IMG/VR virus record: IMGVR_UViG_3300046467_000865
Location: 14,366-78,365 of that record
Source of the DNA: a virus
Lineage: Duplodnaviria > Caudoviricetes
Direction: 5' to 3' (one strand)
DNA: 64,000 bases
The notes beneath the pieces are model-generated. The model ran no database searches. It was given only the letters and a program-made list of their open reading frames with translations, and was not told the DNA's origin. Below are positions 28,040 through 37,328 of the stretch, piece by piece; within the stretch, counting starts at the first letter, position 1, and each line of letters opens with the position of its first letter. The translations under genes were made by a program, and so were the position numbers.

Positions 28040-28518
28040 TACAAAAGACCGAAACACTCTTGAAAAAATTGTTTGTAATCGAAATCAAGATATGTGATTT
28101 CAAGGCCGTTTTCTATGAGGTGGTTGTAGACAATTTTATCTTCCTCTGTCTCCCCGTGAGCCTTAGACCCCGTTGGAACAAACCACTCCTGTATGCCGGT
28201 TTGCCAAAGCAGTTTTGCGCAATTGGCACAGGGCAGGTGAGTAATATACGTCTTGTAGGAATCAATCTGTTTTACAACTAAATTGCTTACAGCGTTAGCT
28301 TCTGCGTGTACAATGAATGGATATTTGGAAGGTCTAGTAGTGGGAAGACCGTCCTCTTTTACATTTGTACAAAACCCATTATAACCAACCCCAACAACAA
28401 CGTTGGGGCTACCCACTATAACGCACCCAACCTTAGTTTGTGAGTCGTGACTTCGGATAGACACGTAATGCGCCATGCCCAAAAAATACTCATCCCAGCT
28501 TGGTCGGCTCTGCGACAC
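28039..28518 (-). CDS. dCMP deaminase (ComEB family)
   Basis: RPSWDEYF, KVGCVIV, GYNG, HAEANA, PCANCA. Confidence 0.93.
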   Translation of the reverse strand: MSQSRPSWDEYFLGMAHYVSIRSHDSQTKVGCVIVGSPNVVVGVGYNGFCTNVKEDGLPTTRPSKYPFIVHAEANAVSNLVVKQIDSYKTYITHLPCANCAKLLWQTGIQEWFVPTGSKAHGETEEDKIVYNHLIENGLEITYLDFDYKQFFQECFGLL

Positions 28519-28600
28519 GTCTTTTTTGCCTCGCTTGTCTTCTAAGCTTCTGCTGACGCTTGTCTTTTTTGCTTTGTTTGCGGACTGTTTTACCCATACT

Positions 28601-28972
28601 TTAAAACGCTCTTAAAGAGTACATAGCTCTAATATCCTTTACTAAATCGGTGTGTCCCTGTTGTCTTATCACACACAGATCAAACTCTTCGTCTAATATT
28701 CTACCTACGTTGTCTGGCTTACACACCTTATAATTTCCTCGAAACCCCAATACTTTCGCGGCAACCGACAGCGTATTGACATCGCTTTTATTGATTTCTA
28801 TGATCTTTTTAATACCATTAAAACCAAAACAGCCATATTTATCATCAAGCTTTTTAAACAGGGCTACATCACTTAACAAAGCTTGCTTTTTTCCACCATG
28901 AAAACCAAAGTGGTTTATTATGCTATTTACTGGTTTGTCCCAGCTACCTAGCTCTACTTCTGTAGTGTGCAT
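28601..28972 (-). CDS. hypothetical protein
   Basis: Collinear ORF. Confidence 0.5.
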   Translation of the reverse strand: MHTTEVELGSWDKPVNSIINHFGFHGGKKQALLSDVALFKKLDDKYGCFGFNGIKKIIEINKSDVNTLSVAAKVLGFRGNYKVCKPDNVGRILDEEFDLCVIRQQGHTDLVKDIRAMYSLRAF

Positions 28973-29420
28973 CTATCCTCCCAAGACCGGCGGCGTAATT
29001 AGGAATTTTAGAAGATGACATAATCGCTCCTTGACTTTTGTCATAGATCTTAATAGTTCCATCTTCTAGTATATAAATACAATCTGCATTATGTATTGAA
29101 ATCTGCTTGATATTGTCTCGATGCTGAACCAACTGACGATACCCCTGCAAATGCCCTTGGAAGCTTAGGTTGCTTCTATAATAAACGGGCTGAGCTTGGA
29201 TAGTCCATCCATGAGGAGTCCATACCCAAATCATTGGACGGGGTTGGTAAAACTGGTTGATGTATAAATGAGCAGACTGGTTGAGTCTATGTGTGTCAAT
29301 GGAATGCTCAATGTTTCGGACAAAGATTTGAACATCTGCGGCTTCTGAGCTTTCGACTCCAATAAAAGGGATGGTAGCCGCAACCAAAGCACCGATCTTT
29401 AAAAACCCTCTTCTATCCAT
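28944..29420 (-). CDS. twin-arginine (Tat) signal-containing exported protein
   Basis: MDRRGFLKIGALVAATIPFIGVESSEAA-D signal with an AxA-type cleavage site. Confidence 0.7.
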   Translation of the reverse strand: MDRRGFLKIGALVAATIPFIGVESSEAADVQIFVRNIEHSIDTHRLNQSAHLYINQFYQPRPMIWVWTPHGWTIQAQPVYYRSNLSFQGHLQGYRQLVQHRDNIKQISIHNADCIYILEDGTIKIYDKSQGAIMSSSKIPNYAAGLGRIDAHYRSRAR

Positions 29421-29422
29421 GA

Positions 29423-30334
29423 CTATACCTCTAATATTTCTAAACCGTGAACACAGTGTTTAATGTCTTCCTCTATCTGTAGATATTTAACATACTCACA
29501 CTTATTCATGTCAAATACTAGCAAGCGAGCGGGAGACGAACCTATTATAGCATAATTTCCACTTCTAGTCAACCCCCTATTCCAGTTATTTTCCGCGATC
29601 TTATCCGCTGAAAATTTAGCGAAACCCGCAGGTGGAACTGGAAAGAATGTTTGTTTCCCATCCTTGATAATTCCTATATGTTTTAAGCTCGTCATATTTA
29701 TTAACAAGCAGTCGTCATACTCATAAAAATTGTGTTGAAAACTTTTTACCCCATTGATAGAGGGCATAGGTTCTACAACTTGCATAGTTTCAAAGTCATA
29801 TAAATGTGTTATAAGCGCAGAAAAAACCAATCTATCAGAAAAGGCAGAAATTGAGTTGATATGATATTTATCATCAGGTATAGCTTCTTCAGGATCTATT
29901 TGTCTTTTACCTGTGAATACCTTGTGGTCTTCTTTGCTTTCTCCTAAGATTTCCCAAAACTCAATAATGTTGAGGTCTAGGTCAAGCTTGACTATTGCGT
30001 CATACCCAGTAGACGTTACCCAGATATGACCATCAAAGTAACAAATTTCATGTATGGATTTGAAAAAATCTCTATCTTGTTTTTTGTTTATTATTTCGTA
30101 GGTTTGTTTGTCTAGCTCTATCAACCCACTGGAGTCAGCAACAAAGATTCTATCTTCCGCGACGGCAATCCCGCGCAAGCCTCTCTCACCGCCTCTCTCA
30201 TTCTCGTTGTCGAACTCTCCCACATACGGGATATATTTTATGATTTCATCGTTGTCAACGTCAACAACATATAGGCCACCATGTACGGAGCCTTTTTCAG
30301 CGGCTCGTATAACTGTCGAGCAAATTACTTTCAT
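29423..30334 (-). CDS. beta-propeller protein (DUF4915/TIGR03032-like)
   Basis: Repeated beta blades; LRGIA, IHEI, HINSI, WNRGL. Confidence 0.55.
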   Translation of the reverse strand: MKVICSTVIRAAEKGSVHGGLYVVDVDNDEIIKYIPYVGEFDNENERGGERGLRGIAVAEDRIFVADSSGLIELDKQTYEIINKKQDRDFFKSIHEICYFDGHIWVTSTGYDAIVKLDLDLNIIEFWEILGESKEDHKVFTGKRQIDPEEAIPDDKYHINSISAFSDRLVFSALITHLYDFETMQVVEPMPSINGVKSFQHNFYEYDDCLLINMTSLKHIGIIKDGKQTFFPVPPAGFAKFSADKIAENNWNRGLTRSGNYAIIGSSPARLLVFDMNKCEYVKYLQIEEDIKHCVHGLEILEV

Positions 30335-31268
30335 TGAACCAGCCTATTGTGTTTTCTAGACCTTCCTTCAGACCCACGACCGCTTTGAATCCAAAAGAGG
30401 ATTCCGCCATACTTGTATCTAAACATCTCCTCGGCTGTCCGTCTGGTTTAGCTGAGTCAAATATGATCTCTCCTTGATAGCCAACTATTTGACCTATAAA
30501 AACGGCTAGCTCTTTGATTGTTATTTCTTTTCCGGTCCCTATATTTACGGGGTAGGGATCGTCATATTGTTCTAGAGCCATGACAATTGCATCAGCGCAA
30601 TCATCTACGTATAAAAACTCCCTACTGGCGTTGCCGCTGCCCCAGACTACTACTTCTTTGTCGTTATTGGCTTTTGCCTGTTTAAACTTGAGTATCAGAG
30701 CGGGTATTACATGACTGCTGTTTGGGTCGAAGTTGTCGCCGGGGCCATACATATTAACAGGGATTAAAGTTATCCCATTTAAGCCGTATTGATTTCTGTA
30801 TGCCTGAAGCATCTCCATCAGAGCTTTTTTAGCTACTCCATACGGAGCATTCGTTTCCTCTGGATACCCATTCCATATATCAGACTCTTTAAATGGGACG
30901 GGTGTGAATTTTGGATAAGAGCAAACCGTGCTGGTAAGTAGAAACTTTTTGCAATTATGTTTTCTTGCTTCTTCTATCAGATTAAGACCCATAGCCATGT
31001 TGTCGTAAAAAAACCTTCCGGGGTTCTCTTTATTCGCTCCAATACCACCAACCCTAGCAGCTAAATGCACCACTATATCAGGTTTATGACGGTAAAATAA
31101 ATTCGCTACATCTACATGCCTAGTCAGGTCAAGAGACATTGGCGCGCGAGAACCCGGAAGGTCTATTACGTTAGCGTATCCAGAAGACTTTAGTTGATTG
31201 CAGACAACTCTTCCTAAAAAACCTTGCCCACCCGTAACAACAATCCTATCCGTCTTCTTGATTTTCAT
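30297..31268 (-). CDS. fcl: GDP-L-fucose synthase
   Basis: TGGQGFLG, HLAARVGGIGAN, YGVAKK, PVNMYGP, SHVIPAL, WGSGNASREFLYVDD, KPDGQPRR. Confidence 0.95.
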   Translation of the reverse strand: MKIKKTDRIVVTGGQGFLGRVVCNQLKSSGYANVIDLPGSRAPMSLDLTRHVDVANLFYRHKPDIVVHLAARVGGIGANKENPGRFFYDNMAMGLNLIEEARKHNCKKFLLTSTVCSYPKFTPVPFKESDIWNGYPEETNAPYGVAKKALMEMLQAYRNQYGLNGITLIPVNMYGPGDNFDPNSSHVIPALILKFKQAKANNDKEVVVWGSGNASREFLYVDDCADAIVMALEQYDDPYPVNIGTGKEITIKELAVFIGQIVGYQGEIIFDSAKPDGQPRRCLDTSMAESSFGFKAVVGLKEGLENTIGWFNESNLLDSYTSR

Positions 31269-31277
31269 TGCTAGCCT

Positions 31278-31451
31278 TTAAGAAGATCTTAGACTGTCCC
31301 CAACAATCCAAGCGCCGCCCAGAAGAACAATATTGTTCACCTGATCTGGGTTTAGGTCAAAACCTAAGATATTGGTGGTGGTTACAACAATACCGCCAAC
31401 GGCGACCCAAAATCTTCGGGATTTAAGTAGTGGTGTGATTTTCTCTAGCAT
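31278..31451 (-). CDS. small two-TM holin-like protein (not in ORF track)
   Basis: MLEKITPLLKSRRFWVAVGGIVVTTTNILGFDLNPDQVNNIVLLGGAWIVGDSLRSS; KSRxFW start and two TM helices. Confidence 0.55.
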   Translation of the reverse strand: MLEKITPLLKSRRFWVAVGGIVVTTTNILGFDLNPDQVNNIVLLGGAWIVGDSLRSS

Positions 31452-31489
31452 TCTTCTAACTCCATAAAAAAAGTAATACGAAATCCATT

Positions 31490-31834
31490 TCAGAGAGGTC
31501 CGTCCTTAGTTAGCGTATATTCCGTATTAGGTGACCCTGCATTTGAACAAGATGGACACATGGCAATTTTTTGGGCCTTATGCATTTCAAGTTGGTGTTG
31601 AATTTTTAAAGCTTGTTGAAGTATGACGGTGTCCCTCATGACTGCTTGCCTATTAGAATTATTAATAGCGGAGGCTAAAGCCGCAGTCTCGGTAAGCGAC
31701 TTGGGAGAAGCCGACACATTCGATTTTTTAGGAAGCACTTCAAAGTAGTATACGGTCAGACCTATATTGACTATTGTGCAAACTAAAAAAGCTATAAATA
31801 TGCTATTTGCGCTTGATCGCATTTTTTTCACCAC
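31490..31834 (-). CDS. single-TM membrane protein
   Basis: N-terminal TM, helical ectodomain, CPSC. Confidence 0.5.
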   Translation of the reverse strand: MVKKMRSSANSIFIAFLVCTIVNIGLTVYYFEVLPKKSNVSASPKSLTETAALASAINNSNRQAVMRDTVILQQALKIQHQLEMHKAQKIAMCPSCSNAGSPNTEYTLTKDGPL

Positions 31835-32750
31835 TTCTTAGAGGAAGCACTGGGAATTTAACAGAGTCTTTAGTGACCTTAGTACCGGGCGTAGTTTTAG
31901 ACCTTGGCCCTTCTGCTGATAAGGTTTGAAGCTCTTTAATAGAGGGGACTTTAACGTCTGTGTCAATAGCCCACAAAACACCCTCTGCCTTAGCGTAGGC
32001 TCTCATTCTCCTTACGGGAACGACCAGATTAAAAGTCTCACCAGCGCCTCGCACAAGCATTCCGACATACTGACCCGCCTTTTCCTTGCTACGTTCGCTA
32101 AGGAATACTCCACCACCACTGGACCCCGGAAAAGCCGTCACTGTGGTTTGATCGAAGACTACACCATCTCCAGTCCCCAAGTCAAGAACTCTTCCAACTT
32201 GAGAGCAAATCCCTCTCGTCATCGAGTTACTGCCTACTTGGCCTAGTAAAGAGCCGACATGATATAGCTCAGTACCAATAGCTACTGGTTTACCTGCGTT
32301 CTTGTAGAAAGTGGTGCTCTTGTCAACAAAACCTTTCTTTCTAACCATCAAGAGAGCCAAGTCTTCTCCGTTTTCAGCATCGGAGTATTTAATTACTTTG
32401 GCTTCCATCTTGAACTCGCCAACACGGCGGCCATCCTCAACCAATTCTTTAACAATTTGAGCGTCCTTGAACTCAACAATTGTTTGAGGCTTTCCATCTT
32501 TGATGACAATTCTAACCGATCTAAGGCCATCAACAACATGCGCTGCCGTCCAGACAAAATTAACCTTCTGCTTGACGTTTGGAGAAGTTTCGACCTCCCT
32601 CGTTACAATAACACCAGAGCCTTCTCCACCCGCCGCCTTTACGGTGACGGAAACGTCTTGCAGATGTTGATAGAGTACATTGTCCTGTGCATTTGTAGTT
32701 GTAACAAACATGGATACAACTAGCGTAGCTATCCACATAACCTTCATCAT
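31803..32750 (-). CDS. secreted trypsin-like serine protease
   Basis: Signal peptide; catalytic triad AAHVV / EDLALL / PGSSGGG. Confidence 0.88.
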   Translation of the reverse strand: MMKVMWIATLVVSMFVTTTNAQDNVLYQHLQDVSVTVKAAGGEGSGVIVTREVETSPNVKQKVNFVWTAAHVVDGLRSVRIVIKDGKPQTIVEFKDAQIVKELVEDGRRVGEFKMEAKVIKYSDAENGEDLALLMVRKKGFVDKSTTFYKNAGKPVAIGTELYHVGSLLGQVGSNSMTRGICSQVGRVLDLGTGDGVVFDQTTVTAFPGSSGGGVFLSERSKEKAGQYVGMLVRGAGETFNLVVPVRRMRAYAKAEGVLWAIDTDVKVPSIKELQTLSAEGPRSKTTPGTKVTKDSVKFPVLPLRSGEKNAIKRK

Positions 32751-32789
32751 CAGAGTCCTTCCTTTAAGTCTTAGTATATACAGCAGCAG

Positions 32790-33581
32790 TTAGTTAACTA
32801 CTTCTCCACCACCCTGCATACGCCGCTCGATTTCTCTCTGCGGGGTATTGCCGTCGTTTTCCGCAACGCCGGGAGCAACAGGAACATTAACAGTGGAAAT
32901 AGATCTGAGTTCATCTTCTGTAAACTCACTACCAAGAGCAGGATGCTTGATCCATTCGATAGTGGGGATATGTGATACATCATAACCACCGAAGTGTTCT
33001 GATGTCAAGAAGAACGGAGTCGTGTTATCAAAAACGAGTTCCGCTTCGGCGTAAGGAACCCTGAAGAGTTCTACGCACATCAGACGATATGCTTCACGGA
33101 ACAGCTTTTTGATTTCGATGGCAGTAGACTCACTCCAGTCGTTTGACCAAGTGTTCTCACTAAGCTGAACAACATTGCTCATGCCCTGTAAGCAAAGCTC
33201 GATCCATCGACGGCAGTAGTCATTCTTTACATCAAAATATCTAATGGGATAGACCTTGAATGCTCTACGCTCGTGCGTAATGTGATGAGCTTCAAGACGC
33301 TCCACGTTATCTCTCTTGGTGTTCACATCAATAAGATCGTTCAGGCGAACGAACATGTTGTGATGATGCTTTACCGCACCAAGCGTCGGAGGGCCGGGAA
33401 CAAAACAGTCTGTTCTAATTGAGAACGCCTGTAGATGCTCGCCAACCTTGTCAAACAACCTGCCTAGTGCTAGGTTGTGAGTTTCTTTGTTGTCCCCTAC
33501 GTTGGGGATAGCCCACTTCACTCCCTCAAACATGTAAGGAATGATTGCATCGTGGGTGGGGGTTGCTAAAGTGTCAGACAT
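32790..33581 (-). CDS. hypothetical protein, probably highly expressed
   Basis: Strong SD GGAGA; C-ending codon bias by eye. Confidence 0.6.
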   Translation of the reverse strand: MSDTLATPTHDAIIPYMFEGVKWAIPNVGDNKETHNLALGRLFDKVGEHLQAFSIRTDCFVPGPPTLGAVKHHHNMFVRLNDLIDVNTKRDNVERLEAHHITHERRAFKVYPIRYFDVKNDYCRRWIELCLQGMSNVVQLSENTWSNDWSESTAIEIKKLFREAYRLMCVELFRVPYAEAELVFDNTTPFFLTSEHFGGYDVSHIPTIEWIKHPALGSEFTEDELRSISTVNVPVAPGVAENDGNTPQREIERRMQGGGEVVN

Positions 33582-33593
33582 GTTATATCTCCT

Positions 33594-35585
33594 TTACTCG
33601 ATATTATATTTCTTCTTAAGTCTTTGACGCAATAAAGTGTCAATTTGAAACGCGGTCATAGTGTGGTCGTCTCCGTACTCATTGACCAATTCTCCCAGAG
33701 TGGTCATAATCTGCTCTGGGGCAATAGACTTCCTTGAACCAAAGGGTACATGTGGTAATTGTGGTGCTAATCCGGGTGACGATACTGGGCTGGTAGCCTT
33801 AAATCCGTAAGGGAGAAAATCACTTGGCATTTCATCCACGCCTCGGCCTTTAGGGAGATCTTTTCGATCCATCACATATTCATCTTGATGTTCTTGAGGT
33901 CTCACAGGTCCACAGTCTGGAATGCCATAATGCTGATGCTCATGTACGTGTTTGTGTACACGACCTCCACACCCGTTATCTTCTATTGGGGGTGGAGCAG
34001 GGGTTTCCCTATCAATATCATACCCATCATCGTCGTTTTCGTCATCCTCTTTTTTCTTTTTTCTTCTCCTTCTTCTGTTAAGTAAAAATGGAACTCCGTA
34101 TTTAAGGGCTAGCATGCCTAAGCTGGCTCCACCAAGGGTAAAACTAACGTTTTCAACTGTATTACCATTACCACCAGTAGGCCCATCTAGATAGTGAACT
34201 CCATTTTCTGCAAGATCAGAAATTTTGTTGTCTTTATCTTTAACAACACCTAATAGCTGATCTATTCTAGATTTAAGAGAGTCTTTCTGCCCCTCAACAG
34301 TTCCTAGTAATTCTTTTAGGCCATTAATTTCATTATTAGCGCCTGAAAGATTCCCATTAATTCCAGACAATTCTGCCTTCAGGCTTTCGGAAAGAGCTTC
34401 AAGATTGGTTAGTTTTTCTTGAAGTTCTGTAATCTTATCAAGGTACTCCTGACGTTCTTTTGTAAAATCGATAGGTGGATCAACAGGGCCACCGGGATCT
34501 GGTCTTCCGGGCCAACCATCAAAGCCACCGCCACCGTCTGGAGGGTTTGGGTTAGAAGGTGGCAATTGAGGTGGTTGATTGGGCGGGGGACATCTATCCC
34601 AAGGACACCAAGGAAACAGACCGTTTCCTTCGTATAGCTCGCCAACTCTGATGCCACCATAATATTTTGCCGTATCTTCAACGCTGCCATCGGTCATCTT
34701 CAGTTCAGGGCAAAACATAAACTCACCCTTGATGGTTTTCCTGAGACCTCCCTTATAGGGAATAACCACATGATCTTTAATTTTATGACCACAATGCGGA
34801 CAGACTTTACTTAGTCGTTCGGCTGCGGACTTAGTGTTTATAGCCTCTTCTTCTTCGTACACTAAACTGTAAGAAGTTTCAATAGGATGCCCCTGACCAT
34901 TACCCTCAATGATAGCATAAATTTGCTTTAGAGATAAGCCAGCGCCGTAGTCATCTGGGCCATCATCTGTCCAAGCCCCGTCTCCAACTCTCCAAGCCAG
35001 CAAGATACCCAGTCTAGTGTGAGTCTCTCCCTTGTCATCTTTGATAAGAATGAGAACTCCACTACCTGATTGACCGCCAATAGGAGCGGCATTAAAACTA
35101 ACAACAGCCCCCGCATTTCTCAGGACTCTACCTTTCCAAGCGCAAACCCATTGAGCAGAAGGACACCCGCCAGCCATAACGAGGTCGTTCGCCCCAATTT
35201 TCGTACCCTTGGGGGCTAGGGGAATTACTCTCGGGGGATACCGGCCAAAATATTTCTTTTTTACTGAGACTATGGCTAAGTCAAGAGCAGTACCCTCTTC
35301 GTAAGCTACGTATTCGGTTTTAAAAGGAATCATTGCGGATTTGTAGCCGTCTTGGAAAAATTCCAAGTGGCCTCTTTTGGCTCTTCCAATTACGTGACCG
35401 TTGGTCAGTACGTAGTAGTTTTCTTTATCTTCTTGAAATACAGTTCCGCTGCCTCTGGCTCCGTTGGTATTCACTCTACATACTGCGTCTAATGCTTGGT
35501 CAATAGTTAGAGCTTGTGCCGAGGCTGGCTGGCTACTTAGAATCAACGCTAAGAAAAGCGTAACTGCGCATAGAAATTTATTCAT
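33594..35585 (-). CDS. membrane-anchored multidomain trypsin-like serine protease
   Basis: Signal peptide from ATG 35585; TNGHVI / LDLAIV / GGQSGSG triad; Cys-rich segment, Pro-rich linker, coiled coil, TM helix followed by RRRRRKKK. Confidence 0.85.
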   Translation of the reverse strand: MNKFLCAVTLFLALILSSQPASAQALTIDQALDAVCRVNTNGARGSGTVFQEDKENYYVLTNGHVIGRAKRGHLEFFQDGYKSAMIPFKTEYVAYEEGTALDLAIVSVKKKYFGRYPPRVIPLAPKGTKIGANDLVMAGGCPSAQWVCAWKGRVLRNAGAVVSFNAAPIGGQSGSGVLILIKDDKGETHTRLGILLAWRVGDGAWTDDGPDDYGAGLSLKQIYAIIEGNGQGHPIETSYSLVYEEEEAINTKSAAERLSKVCPHCGHKIKDHVVIPYKGGLRKTIKGEFMFCPELKMTDGSVEDTAKYYGGIRVGELYEGNGLFPWCPWDRCPPPNQPPQLPPSNPNPPDGGGGFDGWPGRPDPGGPVDPPIDFTKERQEYLDKITELQEKLTNLEALSESLKAELSGINGNLSGANNEINGLKELLGTVEGQKDSLKSRIDQLLGVVKDKDNKISDLAENGVHYLDGPTGGNGNTVENVSFTLGGASLGMLALKYGVPFLLNRRRRRKKKKEDDENDDDGYDIDRETPAPPPIEDNGCGGRVHKHVHEHQHYGIPDCGPVRPQEHQDEYVMDRKDLPKGRGVDEMPSDFLPYGFKATSPVSSPGLAPQLPHVPFGSRKSIAPEQIMTTLGELVNEYGDDHTMTAFQIDTLLRQRLKKKYNIE

Positions 35586-35596
35586 TGTTGCGTTCC

Positions 35597-35683
35597 TCAA
35601 TCGCTCTTGACCTTCGTCATAGCGCCTAAAATTATCAGTGAAATTGCAAATCCTAAGATAATGATTCCTAAATCCTGTAGCAT
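35597..35683 (-). CDS. 28-aa single-TM peptide (not in ORF track)
   Basis: MLQDLGIIILGFAISLIILGAMTKVKSD; fills the gap exactly after the upstream TAG. Confidence 0.4.
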   Translation of the reverse strand: MLQDLGIIILGFAISLIILGAMTKVKSD

Positions 35684-36271
35684 CTACCAATCCTTTTGGA
35701 TGGTAAACTTATATTCGAAAAGACATGACCTTGCTAGGTCCGCAGGTGTTACCGCGCTGTCAGCTAGGTACGGAACAGGATCTAAATAAGCCTGCCTGTA
35801 AGCATAAACAACGGCTGTGCTGCAAACGAATACGTTTGTCGGATCGTTGTCTTTTGTATTTTGCTCTGCTAATCTGCAAAACGGCAAGTAGTGTTTTCCT
35901 ATTTTCCAGAAGTTTGTCCAGCCGTATGGCAAGCCAGTAATACTCCCCATGACATCCGTTATTTCGTTGCGAACATCTTTTGTGAGTTTGTAGCCCTTGC
36001 CATCAAATTCAATGTAATCAGCCGCTTTGAATACATCAATGTTATTAGGATGTGTTTCAACCTGAGATTTCATGGAGACGGCTCTTCCGCCTTGAAATTC
36101 TCTAAATTCCACACACTGTAGATCATTATCATCCCAATGCGCCATTCCAGCATGGCTGTGAACTCCGCTGCCATAACGTTTAATAAGCCAAGAAATTAGT
36201 CCCTCGCCGCGAAACAGTAAAACATCTGCCTCTTCGATTTGGGATACTGCTTCGCGGTAAGGGACTAACAT
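35684..36271 (-). CDS. permuted papain-like (NlpC/P60, YaeF/YiiX) amidase
   Basis: ADVLLFR, HSHAGM (His) before VCSTAV (Cys), VTPADL. Confidence 0.78.
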   Translation of the reverse strand: MLVPYREAVSQIEEADVLLFRGEGLISWLIKRYGSGVHSHAGMAHWDDNDLQCVEFREFQGGRAVSMKSQVETHPNNIDVFKAADYIEFDGKGYKLTKDVRNEITDVMGSITGLPYGWTNFWKIGKHYLPFCRLAEQNTKDNDPTNVFVCSTAVVYAYRQAYLDPVPYLADSAVTPADLARSCLFEYKFTIQKDW

Positions 36272-36274
36272 AAT

Positions 36275-36595
36275 TTATTCACTCTCTAATTTTTTTTCTA
36301 TTCTATCTAATATATCAGCGATCCTTCTCTGATCATTAACGATTTGTGTCATGATGTGCTGCATTTCCTTTTGGGTTTCCGCCCAACTTCTCGGGACATA
36401 AACCAAAGGAGTGCCGTCAGCATCCTGTCTAGATATCACCTTGTAGGTGTGTTGCATCCAATTTCTTTCGTCGTCCATCAAAGCGGACTTTGTGGGAACA
36501 GACTTTAAAATGAGAACCTCAATAACCTTCCCCAAACCCAAGACTACTGCGACGACCGCCGCCAAAGCAGGAATTGAAAAGATGTCTGATTCCAT
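36275..36595 (-). CDS. single-TM membrane protein
   Basis: N-terminal hydrophobic helix and C-terminal coiled coil. Confidence 0.55.
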   Translation of the reverse strand: MESDIFSIPALAAVVAVVLGLGKVIEVLILKSVPTKSALMDDERNWMQHTYKVISRQDADGTPLVYVPRSWAETQKEMQHIMTQIVNDQRRIADILDRIEKKLESE

Positions 36596-36609
36596 GATGC
36601 CTCCAAGAT

Positions 36610-36647
36610 AAAAAGAGGGGCCGAGGTCGATTGACCACCGACCCCTC
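36610..36647 (-). terminator. intrinsic terminator
   Basis: GAGGGGTCG...CGGCCCCTC stem with inner GGTC/GACC, followed by TTTTT. Confidence 0.8.
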
Positions 36648-36668
36648 CGGTCAAATTAAAATTGTCAA

Positions 36669-37238
36669 TTAGCCACCAGTCTTGGCAGGATAATCCTTGT
36701 TGTTGTTCGTAAACGTAACAAAGTCTTCCAGAATGGTGAATTCGCCGGGAACTGCACGGGTAGGCGTGGCAGCGTGATCGGCGTTGAACGAAACATTGTC
36801 GCCAGCGTTACCGCCATCGGTTGCAATACCGGTGGCATAAGCAATACTGGTGATATGAATACGCTCGGTTTCAGATAGGTCATGAATAGCAACGCGCTCT
36901 GGCACTTCGCTTCCGGGGAAGGTCAGTAGTGTTGAAGCAACATTGTTAATCTTCGAAGCATAGCCACGAATCAAGAACTGAGGATCGTTGGCCTTGGGCT
37001 GGTAGGCTATGGCGCCGGAACCCTTGGAGGTTGTAATACCGGGAACCCATTTACTGCCAGTAAGAGCCACTACCTTGGCTCCGTAGCCTACGTCGGGAGT
37101 CTCTGAGACCGCAAGATCGCTAACCTGAAGTGTTCTCGTTACGGCAGAACCTTTCGTGGTGGTAGTCTGAGACGTAACGCCTAGAACGGTTCCACCATTG
37201 TTCTTTGTGCCTGTACCTGATACTGTAGTTGTAGCCAT
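36669..37238 (-). CDS. Thr/Gly/Ala-rich putative virion protein
   Basis: Composition; own promoter motif upstream and terminator downstream. Confidence 0.55.
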   Translation of the reverse strand: MATTTVSGTGTKNNGGTVLGVTSQTTTTKGSAVTRTLQVSDLAVSETPDVGYGAKVVALTGSKWVPGITTSKGSGAIAYQPKANDPQFLIRGYASKINNVASTLLTFPGSEVPERVAIHDLSETERIHITSIAYATGIATDGGNAGDNVSFNADHAATPTRAVPGEFTILEDFVTFTNNNKDYPAKTGG

Positions 37239-37302
37239 TATAAAATACCTTTCTCATGGCCATCAATCCTATTTTTCCTATTAGTATTAGTTCCAATCCT
37301 AA

Positions 37303-37315
37303 TATATTATACACC
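37303..37315 (-). promoter_or_regulatory. GGTGTATAATATA promoter-like motif
   Basis: Intergenic, between the sigma gene and 36669..37238. Confidence 0.6.
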
Positions 37316-37328
37316 AATTTCGACAATG

